A DNA stretch of 64,000 nt from Chrysomallon squamiferum (lineage: Eukaryota > Animalia > Mollusca): the NCBI GenBank assembly GCA_012295275.1, contig CM022670.1, positions 32,984,001 through 33,048,000 on the forward strand, in the 5' to 3' direction. The first letter of the stretch is position 1; every line of letters starts with the position of its first letter. Below are positions 13,156-50,068 of this stretch, one piece after another. The notes under the pieces were generated by a model. It saw only the letters and a list, made by a program, of their open reading frames with translations. It was not told the DNA's origin and did not search any database. A program made the translations under genes and the position numbers.

Positions 13156-14499
13156 GGAGAAAAGTAAAAGAAACCCATAAATATTTCAACGTTATTAAAG
13201 TAACAGCTAATTATGACAGATGGATGTTAGTATTAAAAACAATTCCCGCGTTCTTTCGGCTCGATACCGACTCTTTACTTGCGCTGTGCACTTTAAACGA
13301 CAGCATTTATTATCTGAAATCAGTTTCAGGAAGTCAACGTTCTGGATGCCAGTTTCGACTGTTTCTACGTATTCTGTGTAACCTACGTGAAGTGTATCAC
13401 GTCATCCGGAAAAAAAGGAAAAAACGACGGCAGTCGTGCGTGAAGCAATCAAATCTTTTCAAGCGAATGTCATCTGGTCTTTGAATGTTTGCTGTGTAAT
13501 GGAAATGCTGTACGTTAAATACACGCCATTTGTTTTTCCACGGGAAGGAAGACGTACTGTCCGTCAAAGAATGATATTGATTGAAAACATTTCACTGCTA
13601 GTTTAGACTGACATACACGCATGCAATGTCTTATCATTTGTAAGAAAATCGCTGTCAAAAGATTTGATGGAAGAGAATAAATAAATAATTAAATAATTAA
13701 TAAAAAAAAAAAAAAAAAATAAATATACGATTTGTCAAAACGGAAGTTTTGCAAAATAAATTATATCCAAAGTAATATGTACAGAATAGTTTGTGTTAAT
13801 TAATGATTAAAATAATAATAATAGTAATAATATAATAAAAAGTATGTTAAAACAAATATGCGGTTGGTTATATTATCCTAAAAGAATTTAAGACTATTAT
13901 ATATTAATTTTTAAATTTAGTTTTGGTTTTCCGTTTAAAAAGTATATAACAACAACAATATTCTGCTGCTCAAAAATCAAATCAACTAGCTATTATTAGA
14001 AATTTCAGAATAAAAAAAATAATAATAAAAGAAATCGCTTAAAATATAATCTACAAAAATAGAACATAAATAAATATCACATCAACTTTTAGTTTATATA
14101 GCTTTTTTCATTCATAATTTTCCTTTTTTTGTGTTTTTGTTTTTTTGTTAAGAATTATTTTTCAGTTATTACAATTCCTGGATTATACGACCACGCCTAG
14201 TTACTATTATAGCAATGAACAGCAAATAACAATTGTTAACATAAACATCTTTTTATTTACTATTAATATTTACAACAACACTTTACCTATTCACCACTAA
14301 TCACTTTATTTTTGATTGTTTCACTACTGAAATAGCCACACTGTTTGTTTTTTTCGTTCATGCGTCTTCTCTTTGTTTTCTTTCATACACTGATTCTCTG
14401 ACCAAATTTACAGAAATGTCAATACAGATCCACAAGGCCTCGTTTGTTGTCTATACGGACACATAAAATAAATATCAATTAAAAAAAACCTCACTATTT

Positions 14500-37147
<22,648 letters not shown>

Positions 37148-37503
37148 GTTTCTGGTTGATAACTTCAAAAAGCAAGTTCTGAAAAATAGAATTAACAGCT
37201 GATTATGTTAAGGGTGAAAATAACATATAAATATTTCTTTTCCAAATGAAAACCATATTTATATACAGTTCATTTTCAAACTGCATATAATATATTATGC
37301 TTACTAGTTTTTTAAAAGCATACTTTTTTTCATTTTAACTTCTCTTATAAAGCATGTTAGATTTTTAGAAGATATGTTCTAGTATAATAAATAAAGAAAG
37401 GAATAAAAATAATAAGAATATTTCATTTTTTTCAGTACAAAAACAAACAATAATTATAATAAAGAAAATGCTTATATATGTTTTATCAAAATGTTTTACT
37501 TAC

Positions 37504-37921
37504 CTAATACTGCTTAAAAGTTTCAAATATGAAGAGCATTATCTCTTTGACTATGTTTTTACTTTTTAAAAAGTCGTAAATATAAAATAAATATTACTTT
37601 AACATCTCGCACAGTATCAAACAGGCCTGGACTGTTACTGTCTGTTAACGAAACTATTGCAATTATATATATAAGATGGCTGATTTGAATTAAGTATATT
37701 AATGATCACTTTGAAAAGCTTGTCGTTGTTATACAAGGCAAAATAAACCATTCTGATTCATAAACTAAGCTCAGATTAATGAAAAAAAAACACAAGAAAT
37801 TAAGTTATCTCCCCTGTTCAACTTCCGCATTAGAGGCAAGCAGGTGCGTGCTTGACAACAAGTTGGCGATACAGCCATCATTTGTTTATCATTTATTATT
37901 TATCAGAACGTATCTTTAAAA
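37504..37921. promoter_or_regulatory. Putative bidirectional promoter and 5'UTR exons shared by AOPEP (-) and BTBD19 (+)
   Basis: Minus-strand donor ag|gtaagt at 37503 (AOPEP 5'UTR exon); BTBD19 ATG at 37922; ETS-like ACTTCCG (37821), YY1-like AAGATGGC (37673), RFX-like TTGACAAC (37852). Confidence 0.6.
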
Positions 37922-38007
37922 ATGGCTTCAAGCGAACAAATCATGAAAGGAGACATTTCAGAATTCGCAGCACAAATGAAAAAAATGGTAAACTGCAAAG
38001 ATCATAG
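37922..38007 (+). CDS. BTBD19: BTBD19 exon 1
   Basis: MASSEQIMKGDISEFAAQMKKMVNCKDH|gtaaac. Confidence 0.88.
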
Positions 38008-38334
38008 GTAAACGGAATAATTTATTTATTTATTCATGATTATAGCGTCTGATTTTCATAATCATAGTTATGCGCCAAAAACATTACCATTTTTGCAGCC
38101 CAGCAAAGCCACTGTAGTTTTCACTGGGATGCTATTTCGTCAAATAGATTCGGTTCATATCCCTGATAAAATATATAAAATTTTACAAGTGAATTCTAAT
38201 TAACCAAAAGTATTTTTCCCATTTATGTCTTACTTATGTTATAAAATTTTATTTTATTTTTTTAATTTCATAAACATTTTTACTGTTCTTTGGCGACATA
38301 GGCAAAAAATCGCAATAAAATAAGAATTATTTAA

Positions 38335-38377
<43 letters not shown>

Positions 38378-41147
38378 GTAAATGATTAGATGTTATAACT
38401 GTTATTTCATTTAGATTATTCAGTTGATACCATGAAGTAAGTTTCGAAATGAAGTATCGAGTTTATTGTTAAAAAATACACTTCATTTAATTTATTTTTC
38501 TAATTTCCACATTTTACATTATAGGATGTCCATTAGGATGTCGTTTAAACAATCATTCATTATTTCAGTGATCTCAAGTTTCTAATAGGCAACAACAGGA
38601 AATCTGTGTATGCACATCGATGTATTCTGTCTTCCCGGTGTGCAGTTTTCAAGGCAATGTTTGCAGAACAGGCCCAGAACAAATCTGGAGACCGAGAGGT
38701 TCCATTTGTGCTGTCAGACATGTTACCTGAAGTGTTTCTCGCTATGCTGGAGTTCATTTACACAAACTGTGTCACACTCTCTTCTAAAACTGTGAGTGGT
38801 TCTTTAATATTTACCTCAGTAAAATTTATTCTGACTCTACATGTATAAATGTATATTGTTGTATTTCTTCTTTTATGAAGAAATTAAAATCATAAATTTT
38901 GTTAATTAATGTTCACAAATTTACTCAGTTTTATTAGATTTCTGTATTTCTTCGGGATTTGTGTAATTACTCTACAATAATAATACAATAACATTACAAA
39001 TTCATACTCAAATTTTTTATTTCAGGCATCAGATGTTCTTGCCACTGCTTTAGAATATGGTCTTGATGATCTTCAAAAGGTATTTATAAAAATATTAAGT
39101 AAAGTATTACAAAGTTATATTGGTGCTTTTAGCAAAGAAATAATTATGCTGCACAAATGACATTACAGACTGAGCTACCATTGTATTTTATAAATTTGCA
39201 CTAAATATATTTGTGCATTATATTTGTGAATAAAAAGTTATTTTATCAAAAAATAATAAATAAATTTTAAATGGAAAAATATATATATATTTTTTAAAAT
39301 CTAATAATAAAACAAAAAACACAACAACAAAAAACAATAATAAATAAAGATATATTATTATACCATATTTATATAGCACCTTTTCCATACTAAGCAAGTA
39401 AGGGTAAATCTATACTGTAGTGTTAAACTTTTTTCTTTTTTTTATTACTTATATATTTATATATCTATATTTTATTTAACTTTCACAGTTATGCTGTCAG
39501 TACCTAATGGATAACTTGACAGTTTCTAATGCATGTGACATCATGCAGTCTGCAGTGACATTTGGCCAGGATGAGATGAAAGCTCAAGCTTTGGCTTTCA
39601 TAGAAAAAAACACAGCAGTAAGTCAGACAAGTTTCTTTAAATAGTCAACATTTATTTTACATACTCACTGTTGTCTTCTGTTTGTTTGTCACTTACCAGT
39701 AGTTCATATGTTCAGAAACAACTGACGTTGTAAGTATGTGCAAGATATAAAAACTGTGTATATGTACAGGATAAAGAATTATACACAAAATAAATGACAC
39801 AGTTAGGATGTAGGTAAGTAATCAATAATTACATAGATGATAGAGATGTATCTACAGCATGCCTGAATATAATGAGGAAACAGATTTAGATAAATAATCG
39901 ATTGCTGGATACAGGATACAGATTTAGATAAATAATAAATGATTACATCTAGGATATATGTAATTAAAGTCAAAGTCAATGAGTACACATAGGACATAGG
40001 TCTAGATGTAGAAACTATGTTAACAAAAAGCGTACATGTTTAAATACAGAATCAATGATTACATGCAGTGTGTAGGATCAGATACCACATCAGTTATTGC
40101 AATCAGGATACAGTCTTTGATATAGAATCAGTTATTGCATGATGCAGGTTCAGATGGAGAATCAATTGTTATAGTCAGGATTCAGGTTTAGATATAGAAT
40201 CAGTTACTAAAGTCAGGATGCAGGTTTAGATAGAGAATCAAATATTACAGTCAGGATGCAGGCTTAGATTTAGAATCGGTTATTACAGTCAGGATACAGG
40301 TTTAGATACAGAACAATTATTACAGTCAGGATGCAGGTTTAGATACAGAATCAAATATTACAGTCAGGATGCAGGTTTAGACATAGAATCAGTTATTACA
40401 ATCTGGGTGCTGGCTTAGATATAGAATCAGTTATTACAGTCAGGATGCAGGTTTAGATACAGAATCAGTTATTACAGTCAGAATGCAGGTTGAGGTACAG
40501 AATCAGTTACTACAGTGAGGCTGTAGGCTTAGATATAGAATCAATTATCAAGTCAAAATACATGTTTAAATATAGAATCAATTTTAGAATAAATGACATT
40601 GACAAGAATTCAGGTTAAGATGAGAATTAGTAAATTCAGGATGATGTTTAGATATAACAAGTTCATCCAGAATACAGGTTAAATTGCAGCATAAGTGAGT
40701 TCATCTAAACTACCAATTCAGATATAGAATCAATTAGTTCAGCCATGATACAGGTTTTGATACAGAATCAATGAGTCAGTGGTCTTGTAATTAGGCTTAA
40801 GTCTTAAGATATTGAGTTTATGTCAAGTTGTTGGCTTCAAGATCACTAGGAAGCCATAAGGTCATGTGCTGAAGACTTCTTCTGTCTTGTGAAATCACTA
40901 ACCTGGTTCAGAAATCATGGCTAACAACCCAGATACTCAGTAAACTAAGTGAAGCAAAGCTTGTCTGAACCTTTTAGTTTAGTTATGAATGCAAATGTTG
41001 AAAGTTGTCAAGTATAAGCCAGAATAAAGTGAAAGAAGAATTATTTTCTGTAAATAGTTGCAATTTATTCTGAATTACTCAAACGAATGTATATAATATA
41101 TATTTTGGACAAACTGTTATTAAATGTGTTTTCTTTTTAAATTAATT

Positions 41148-41194
<47 letters not shown>

Positions 41195-43071
41195 TTTTAT
41201 TATTATTTTTATTATTTAATGCTGTGGTTTCCTTTTCTTTCTTTCTTGTTATTAGCAATGTATTCAAGATAATAAAAATCCAATTTAATATTGTTTTCAG
41301 AATGTATTCAAGTCAAAGAGTTTCCAGGAAATGTCCAGTGAATCTTTAGCCACAATTCTGCAGAGTGATAATCTTATCATGGATGAGCTGGACATTTATC
41401 GTGCTGTCAAGGAATGGGCAACAGTAAACTCGGTCAGTTTGTATGAAGATCACAATCCCAGCAATTAAGAAAATGTGATAATAAAAAATAAAGTCCAGGA
41501 CATTATCTAAACCACTTTTAATTATGTTTTAGTCTCAAAATATTTTTTCGAATGTTGACAATAATTTGAATATAGTCCATGGCAAAAAAAATAGTAATAT
41601 AAAACCCAATAATAATAACATTCTATTATGAAGTAAAATCTTGATGACAAAGGTTCTTATTATGGACCATTGTTGCAGTTATAATGAGCTTTTGGAAGAA
41701 AAATATATCACATCAGTGACTTTAAAATATAAAATTATTAACAAATTACTTTATTTAATATTATATTTTTCTTCTATAATTTCATTTGGTAGTTTTATGC
41801 AAAATTGAACGTAGAACACACATGGACCCAAATTTAAAATTTGTTAATAAAATATCAGTGATTTAGTGACAATGACATATTTTTATTTTATCTAGGTATT
41901 ACCTGGGACATCCATTTAAGAAATATATGGCAAAGTAAACCACTTGTCATTATTATTATTATTTAATTTTGATTGCAGGTTGTTCTGGGGAAGCACGTTT
42001 CCGAGGTAGGGGAGAGTGTGGTGAAACACGTTCGTTTTCCACTTCTCTCACCTGAAGAACTAGCAACTCTAGAAAAGGAAAACAAGAAGGATGGCTTTAT
42101 CCCAGTGAGTTGAATTTTCACTAATGTTTTGGACACTACTGAATGTACAACAAGGTTTCTATTTATCTGTTTTATGTCACAGTAATGTTGACACAGGGGC
42201 ATAAATTTAAAGTTACTGATATTATTCACTGTAGATTGTGCCTCAGTGGGTTTTGGCACAAAAGAAGTAAAAATCAGTTATAAATTATCCAAGTGGTAGA
42301 TAAATCAATATAAAAAATGATTAAAGTAACTGATATTTTAATAATGTGCATTTCACTGTCACATGGGACACAAATAAACAGCATAGATAGTAATATTATT
42401 TGTATTTATTTTATTTTTTATTACTGGTTTGGTATAAGTTTTGTGAACTTAAAAGTTCTTAATTAAAATAAAAAAGAAGATCTGGCACAAGAACAAATTT
42501 TAACAATTCAAAAACTTCTACTTATAACAACCACTGAGTAATGTGGCACTTCTGTTATGGGCTTAGTATGAAGTCTTGATTTAGCTTTTGTATGTAATTT
42601 TATAACTGAATTTTCAGTAGGTGAATATCATTACCTAACAATCTCTTAATATAATGAAAAAAGAGTTAAGCAATTAATATAAATATTTCCAAATACATAC
42701 ATATGTATTTACAATACTCATTGTGGCTGTGCTCTTATGGTCACAGTATCAACTATCACAATTTGGTTAGTATATGTAACTGATATCTCAGCTGACTAAT
42801 CCATTTAATTTTGTTAAAAGTTTCAACTTCAATAATTTATGAAATTAAAAGTAATGTAATGGTTCATCATTACAAATGTAAATAAATATTTTTTCAAAAC
42901 CCCCAAACTCATGGAATATTATGTTTCTGTAATTTTCAGGTAGACCTCTTTGCTTTGTCATGGAGAGTACATGCTTTGAAGCAGGCTGACAAAGGAAACC
43001 CTCAGACAACAAAAAGGAAAGGAACCAACCAAAGGGAGTCACACAAGTACTTGGATGATAGCAAAAACTAG
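37922..43071 (+). CDS. BTBD19: BTB/POZ and BACK domain protein (BTBD19-like), 7 exons, 293 aa
   Basis: Exons 37922-38007, 38569-38791, 39026-39079, 39489-39617, 41301-41432, 41979-42104, 42940-43071; all GT-AG and in phase (882 nt). BTB: SDLKFLIG...VYAHRCILSSRCAVFKAMF...FLAMLEFIYT. BACK: ILQSDNL.MDELDIYRAVKEWA, VRFPLLSPEEL. C-terminal SWRVHALK...RKGT..RESHKYL resembles BTBD19 as I recall it. Confidence 0.92.
38569..38791 (+). CDS. BTBD19: BTBD19 exon 2 (BTB core)
   Basis: DLKFLIGNNRKSVYAHRCILSSRC...EFIYTNCVTLSSKT|gtgagt. Confidence 0.96.
39026..39079 (+). CDS. BTBD19: BTBD19 exon 3
   Basis: ASDVLATALEYGLDDLQK. Confidence 0.93.
39489..39617 (+). CDS. BTBD19: BTBD19 exon 4
   Basis: LCCQYLMDNLTVSNACDIMQSAVTFGQDEMKAQALAFIEKNTA. 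Confidence 0.95.
39820..40775. repeat. 38-bp minisatellite (~25 copies, homogeneous centre, decayed edges) in BTBD19 intron 4
   Basis: gtcaggatgcaggtttagatacagaatcagttattaca; e.g. starts at 40212 and 40250. Confidence 0.92.
41301..41432 (+). CDS. BTBD19: BTBD19 exon 5
   Basis: NVFKSKSFQEMSSESLATILQSDNLIMDELDIYRAVKEWATVNS. Confidence 0.95.
41979..42104 (+). CDS. BTBD19: BTBD19 exon 6
   Basis: VVLGKHVSEVGESVVKHVRFPLLSPEELATLEKENKKDGFIP. Confidence 0.95.
42940..43071 (+). CDS. BTBD19: BTBD19 terminal exon 7
   Basis: VDLFALSWRVHALKQADKGNPQTTKRKGTNQRESHKYLDDSKN*. Confidence 0.93.
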   Translation, partial: VDLFALSWRVHALKQADKGNPQTTKRKGTNQRESHKYLDDSKN

Positions 43072-43308
43072 ATCTGTGGGCAAGCTAATTATAAAAAGTC
43101 TGACACATGCTTCCTGCATAGCATTTAGTCAGAATTCCATCCCTGGAGACCCAGTCTCTACCACAAAGTCTGTGTGATTGTTTGAGTATGTGAAACATGA
43201 GTGTGACCTTATTGACTACATGTGTGTAAAATAAAATAAAATAAATAGTAATGAGAATGCAGCTTTAGATTCAAAATCAATTATTACAGTACTACTACTA
43301 CTACTACT

Positions 43309-43357
<49 letters not shown>

Positions 43358-46300
43358 TACTGTTGGACTATATAAACATTTTTTAAAAGCATTATTGATC
43401 TTTATGTGAAAAATAAATAATAAATTATTGGTCTTCTTATTGAAGTATTCCCCAAAAGGAGAAGAATTTCATGTTAACTTGAAATTACAAAACGGTTCAG
43501 ACAGGCAGAAATTAAATATTACATTTGCAAAGTACTGTCATTATCTAATTCAGTAAACAAAAACCACAAAGGACATGGCGAATGTCAAACCATAGCATTT
43601 GTTTGGTTGATAAATAATTTATTTTTCAATATTGTAACATGAAAAAAAAAAGAAGAATTTTATGATTACTAAATATCTTTAATAGCTGAAAATAATTTAC
43701 AGAGATCAATTTAATACATTAATTAATAAAAATTTACATATTAAAGGTAGATTTTAAAAAGATCTATTAAAAATCATATGACTGATATAATTTTGTGTGT
43801 TAGTATGTAAGTGTGTACATATGCATATATACAGTCCATTATCATGTTAGATTTTTATCAGTTATAGAAATACATATTTCATTGATGTTTATTTGCTGCT
43901 GAGGCAAGACACTTGAGAATAACTGACCAGTAAATACCATGCTCATTAACCATGTGACTGTTATGAACCAATCAAAATTTAGTTCAGTAGCCAAAAAGAT
44001 AAATTTAAGGATACAAATGTATAATATAAATTTTATTCAAATTAAAATCTGTAGTAAATAATAAGGTCAGAACACATTTTTGGTTTAACTGGAATTTTGA
44101 GAAAACAAACATTATTTACATTGTTTAAGGTTTTTAGTTTGTAGATATGTTGAAGCAATTGAATTAAACAAATAATTGAATTATGTTATAAAAAATGTTT
44201 TTCAAATGTTTGTAATTTAACAATTTCAGTAATTATGGTACTTCAGTTATAATGATATAAAAGAAGAAGAAAATAATCATGTGCTTCTATTAAAAAATTT
44301 GCCAAACAAGCCTATCATGTTCATAGCAAATCACTTAGCCAAATTTCTGACAAAAAGGACGGTCTTTTTCATGACATTAAAGTTATATTTTTATCAATGT
44401 ATTCCAAAGACAGTGTATATTAGTGGATTTATCATCATATTTATTACATTAATTAGTTTCATTTTCTATTATTTAATTTACAATCAGCATTATTTTATGT
44501 TTTTGCTGTTTTGGTATTTTATTTTATTTTTTTTTTTTTTTTTATATGTACAGTGTTTGATATACAATACACTATGTCGTTTTCTCTTTTTCTGTTAAAT
44601 TCTGTTTTATTTAAAATGATTTGTACTTTACATCTATGAATCTTGCAGTGTCCATCATAACATAGGTTTTATGTGTTAGTATATTTTCTATACATTTTCT
44701 TTTAACCGTTGATACATTTGATATACATGTACTTGAAACACGAAACACCGAATGTTACAATAAGGATACTTTCTTTTTGTAGAAACATTTTTCAAATTTT
44801 CATTATTAATAAATGATAAAAGATGATTTTTTGAAACTTTTGTTGCACTTTTTTATCCTTATTTTCCATAATTTCTTCAATGACATTACATACTTTTTTA
44901 AAATGTAATTCGTAATAACTTTATATTTATTGACATTTATTCCATGTATTATACACACACAAACATGTACATATATTTATATTTATTGTGATATCCATAT
45001 CATGTGATTTTATAGTGATGTTATTAATCATCTTGATTTTTTGTTTTAATTAATTTTAATATTTTTTGTTTGTTTTCATAAATAAATGTATATGAAATTA
45101 TTTTTTGAGCATTTGTTCTTTATTCACTGACATATCCTTCAAGCTCTGGTTATAAAAATACATGAGATTAATTGTAAAGATTATACTAGAAAGCATAAAC
45201 ATTACAAACACTGGAATATGTTGCTACAAATAGTGATTAAATTTTATATTAAGTTTCATCATCATCATCACTATCATCTTCCACAAACGTTTGGAATTAA
45301 AAGTATTTAAGAAGTGGAGTTAAAACACCATTGGATTTATATCCTAAATCTACTTCTTGAATTCAAACTGAATAAATAAAACACCAATCAGAGATTGAGT
45401 AATTAATCTTGAAAAATGTTTGGCGTAAAAATTATTATTTTTAGTTCATCCTATTCGTTCCTGCTCAGAATTATTAACTTACAAGATAGAAATTCTTCCT
45501 ATTTTCTATCAGTAACATACAAATCTTTTACAGTGTATCAGACAGATAATTCAAACAATAATCAAACATGCCTATATTCACTTAAAATGCACACAAATGT
45601 TTTGTAGCATAACCAGTTAACAATCTAAAACCTACGTAAAGTAATATTGCACCATATACACAAGGAGTCTTAGTAGTTTAACAGTAAGTCGGCATTCAGA
45701 CACGATCACAGAACCAGCTAGCTAATGGCAGTCGTTACTAGTGTTACTGCTTTGAAGAGAGTCCAAACAGAAGTGCTTCAAAAGAGTGAGATCTAATAGC
45801 TATATTGGTATCTTAATTCCGAATTATAACCGTATAATTATAGTTTCATATTATTACGTCAAAGTATAAAAATAAGTGTGCAAGATTAAACGTTTAAATC
45901 TTGTAGAAGACAGGTTAAAGTCACTGAAAAAAAAGGAAAAAACGTAGCAAAATAGATATAATCTAATTCAACATTCAATTGTAGATGTCTGAATCTTAAA
46001 TTTAATCATGAGATTACAAAAGGAAAAGTCATTACGTCAATTCTAAACGTATGGATTGACTAAATTATTTAAATGTTCGATATGAAAGATCAGTTTTATA
46101 ACGTCTTCAGTCTTAGAGGCCCAGTTTTTTTTTTTTATTATTATTTGTTTGGACTAGCATACAAAAACATTAACCTTGTCTGTCCTCACATGCTTGTACC
46201 GAAAGTCATCAAGAAGAAAAAGAATGAAAAAAAAATCTGACTGTTTTTATGAGATATTGCACGATACTGGGTTTTAAACAACACCATAACCTTGGCTGTA

Positions 46301-47292
46301 TCCAGCCTGAAATGGTTTTTTGTTGGAGAGGTCTCCCGGGGAAAGTTCTGGAATGGAAATTATACCAGCAACTGTCAAAGTTCGTCCAAACTATGATCAG
46401 ATAAAACAGCGAGGACTATAATATGTTTCTCTGTACATTGATTTAGATGAAAATGTAGATCATACGACTTTTCAGTAAAAATCTTTATTCTGTCTTTTAT
46501 TTTTATTTTATTTTATTTTATTCTACTTTATTTTACTTTATTGATCAGCTTTTTATGTTTATTTACAATTCGGATTTATTTCATTCGTTTTAGTTATTTA
46601 ATTAATTAACGGTAATATTTATTTATTTGTATTTGTGATTGCTTACTTGTTTGTTTATTTATTTTGTTTGTTTGTTAAAGAAACAAAAACAGCTTAAAAA
46701 TAGTTTAATCTTCCATTTCCTTTCTTGGTAAAGACTTAAAGTCATATTAAAATTCATATATAGTCGATTAAGATCAAAAAAGGAATTCATAATTTTTGAA
46801 AGAACAAAACGTAAAAAATAACGTCAAGTTGAAACTTTTTAAAAAACAAAAATAAAGAAGATATCTTCTTTCTTTTCTTCTAATGAAAATATCTCTTAAT
46901 GCATCTAAGAAAAACTAATTCAAGTTTTCTTATTTATTTTCGGATTCTAACTGAATGAATTGTAATCGGAAATCCGACTTAATATTTTCAACAAAAGAAT
47001 ATAATTTTTATTTAAATAAATGCAACATGTGACACAAATTTAGTGAACTAAAGATATTTTTAAGTAAATAAATAATAATACTTGAGGTAAATATTTACCT
47101 AAAAATAGTATTATTGCAGTCGGTACTGAATAGGAATAATTTAAATTTAATATTTAAAAAAATCATTTTCAGTTTAATAACCTGCCATATTCCATTTAAA
47201 TAATTATTTCCGTGCCATTTGCAGTCGTAGAGAATGAGACAGACAGACAGATAGAAAGATTGATTGGTTAATGGCTTGATGTATGGATTGAT

Positions 47293-47334
<42 letters not shown>

Positions 47335-47744
47335 TACATTCGTACATAAACACACATAAATACATACATACATACATATACAAGACATATAAATACAGAT
47401 AGAGAAATATATAAAGAAACCTCTTTTTTCATTCTTTTTAAAAACATTTTTCATCACTACGTTAAAGGAAGTTAAAATCAAGGATACAAATACATATGTA
47501 TATATAAACCCACGATTTCATATGTTTGTGTTTGTGAGTATATGACATTGTGTATTGGTCTATATTTCATGTTTGTATTCATTTTATCTAAATGTATAGA
47601 AATATGTTGCTATGGAATGATGATGATGATTATGTGGATGATGATGATGGTGATGATGATGTTAAAATTAATAATAATAAACAATTTTCAGTGACCGACA
47701 AATAACGGTTTATGAGGTTATAAACAAAATTCATTTCACTATGA

Positions 47745-48700
47745 TTAAAAGGCTCCTCAATTTTGGGTTACACGACGAACCGTAGCTTCATTATGGACGC
47801 TAATTTGATTGACTCTTCGAACGAACATGTCACTAATGAGATCAAATGTAAGGCGAATGTTGTATCAAATTGGTGTTAATATTCCATATTGAATTACTAA
47901 ACGACACGAAATCTAAATTCCAACAGAAGCGCCATATTCTCGTCGACATGAGAATTGCGCCTGAGCGCACCGATGCATCCGACAGGCTAGCAGTATTAAT
48001 TGCATATTCCCAAGTCGTTGCTTATTTGGATAACAGTGTAAAGGTAAAATGCCACCTATTCGTCACTGTACATAAGGGTATGTCGACTACAATACAGCAC
48101 AACACTAATTTGTGTAACTAATTTCAAGCAACAATAATATCGATCCTACTCCCGCCTCGTGTGTATTGCACTTCAGAAATCATTCCGACATCTGCGAATA
48201 TAAAGCCGGAGGGTGGGGAAACTCTAAAATTCTCTTAACAAGCTGGATGTTTAGGTCTGTCACCTTCCATCGAAATGCCAGGTTATTTTCAAATAGCGAT
48301 GGACGTGTTGCCTTGGTAACGACTGGCGGGAAACGTCTGAAGTCCAGCAAACCAATATTAGTCCATTGTTGAAAACGAGCGCTTAGATACAAGTGGGGAA
48401 TATCAATGGTGAGCGGAAAACACGTATCGGTATTGGCATGCGTGTACCTTGAAATATGATGAAACATGGAGGAATGAATGATAGGCAGACAGATTGGTGA
48501 TCGAGCGTCTCGATAATCGACCCCGGCACTTCATTATGGAGACGGATCTCCGTAGCAGCCAGTGACCGCGCGTGTTCTGCCCGCGCCAAATGTCGTCGAA
48601 TGTGACAATGCCACCTCGGCTCCCGCTGCGATCTGGAATTACTTCTACCTACACACAGATATACCGTCACTGCAACACATTACTGAATACAGACCCGTTA
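47745..48700 (+). mobile_element. Highly decayed 3' portion of a CR1/L2-group LINE (reverse transcriptase region)
   Basis: Broken frames give motifs in the canonical order: KGSSILG (~QGSILG), SFIMDANL (~FADDTNL), VVSNWC..LLNDTKSK, VVAYLDNSVKVKCHL (~LGVxLDxxLxFxxHI), ISILLPPRVYC, AAIWNYF..IPSL (~WNxLP..SL). GC-rich versus flanks; many stops. Confidence 0.4.
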
Positions 48701-49926
48701 TGCAACGGGGTTGGATACCTTTCGCTGTGATTCGGGAGATAACAAAACATCTGGTTGACACGGTGGAAATTCAATTACTGATTTTCTTGGTAATGGATTC
48801 AGAGAGCAGTGAAATCAGAAAGCGTTAACCTAGTTTAGTAAATGACATATAGTCCGACTTTAGCTGAACAAGAAATGCTGGCCACTGCCATCTTTTACCA
48901 GCAATATGATGTTGATGTGAGGGATTGCAATTAATTGTCCTATGCCATTGGCGTGGAGTGCAGACGAAGGGCGAGTGGGCACGGAAGGCGAAGGAATCCA
49001 TGCACTTAGTCTGGGTTCCAATTTTGGATGTGATCGTGGTGATGTTCTGTTGTGGACGACTTCAGGTAAGGACAGAATAATTAGAATTGCTACTTATTGA
49101 ATTTTACTTGTATTATTATTTTTTTTCGGTATTAGCCACGCCTCAACTGCAAATCCAATTGGAATAAAGCATGTCGGTCTTTTTATTATTATTAACGGCG
49201 ACTGTTGCGCTTTTTGTTTGCCTGAGTATGTAATTAAAGTTGTTTGTCGTAAGTGCACCTTAGAATGACTCCTTCACCAGCAGTGTCATCGTCACCACCT
49301 TCAACTGGTATAAAATCAGACGGGCTTTGATCCAATCTTTATTGAGATAAATGCTCAGATCTCATTCTGTGATTGCCAGAACAGAGATAAACCAAAGGAG
49401 CGCAATCAATGTAGAGGTGACGAGGACACTGGTGGAGAAAAGAATTAGTAAAAGCAGCCCATATTGATGTTTCTTTCTGATTTAGCAATAATCTGTGATC
49501 GCGTGAACGAAGTGAAGCAACAAGAGACGCTGGTGTTTTTACACCTTCGTGTGGAACACGTATTAGAGGAATGTTGTTCAATATTATTAGACAAATACAT
49601 CCAACATTATATACATTATACAGTTTATAGCATATTAAATGAAACTTGAATATCAACATGCAATAGATGAATGAGCTATAATATAGTTCATAGCATGTTA
49701 AATGAAACTTGAATATTAACAAAGAGAAGCTGAATCAGCGTCTTCTTTATTTGTGTGTATTAAATTACGTGTGGGAGTGTGCAGATGAGCCTGATAGCTT
49801 TTGTGTGAGAGAAAGTAGGCAAATATTGGTGAGTGTGTGGGAGTGAAAAGAACTGAAGTAGAATAAAATTCATATGCGTTATTTTATTCTGTAGAAACAG
49901 TAAGTTACGAAAAAAATATTTTATAT

Positions 49927-50015
49927 ATACATACATACGTACATACATCCATACATCCATACATCCATATATACATACATACATACATACATACATACAT
50001 ACATACATACATACA

Positions 50016-50049
<34 letters not shown>

Positions 50050-50068
50050 CATACATACATACATACAT
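49927..50068. repeat. (CATA)n tetranucleotide microsatellite
   Basis: Visible directly. Confidence 0.96.

Noticed and set aside
47960-48000. TDASD as an LTR-retrotransposon RNase H motif
   Set aside because: No other RNase H or integrase motifs at the right spacing; the region fits a LINE relic better.
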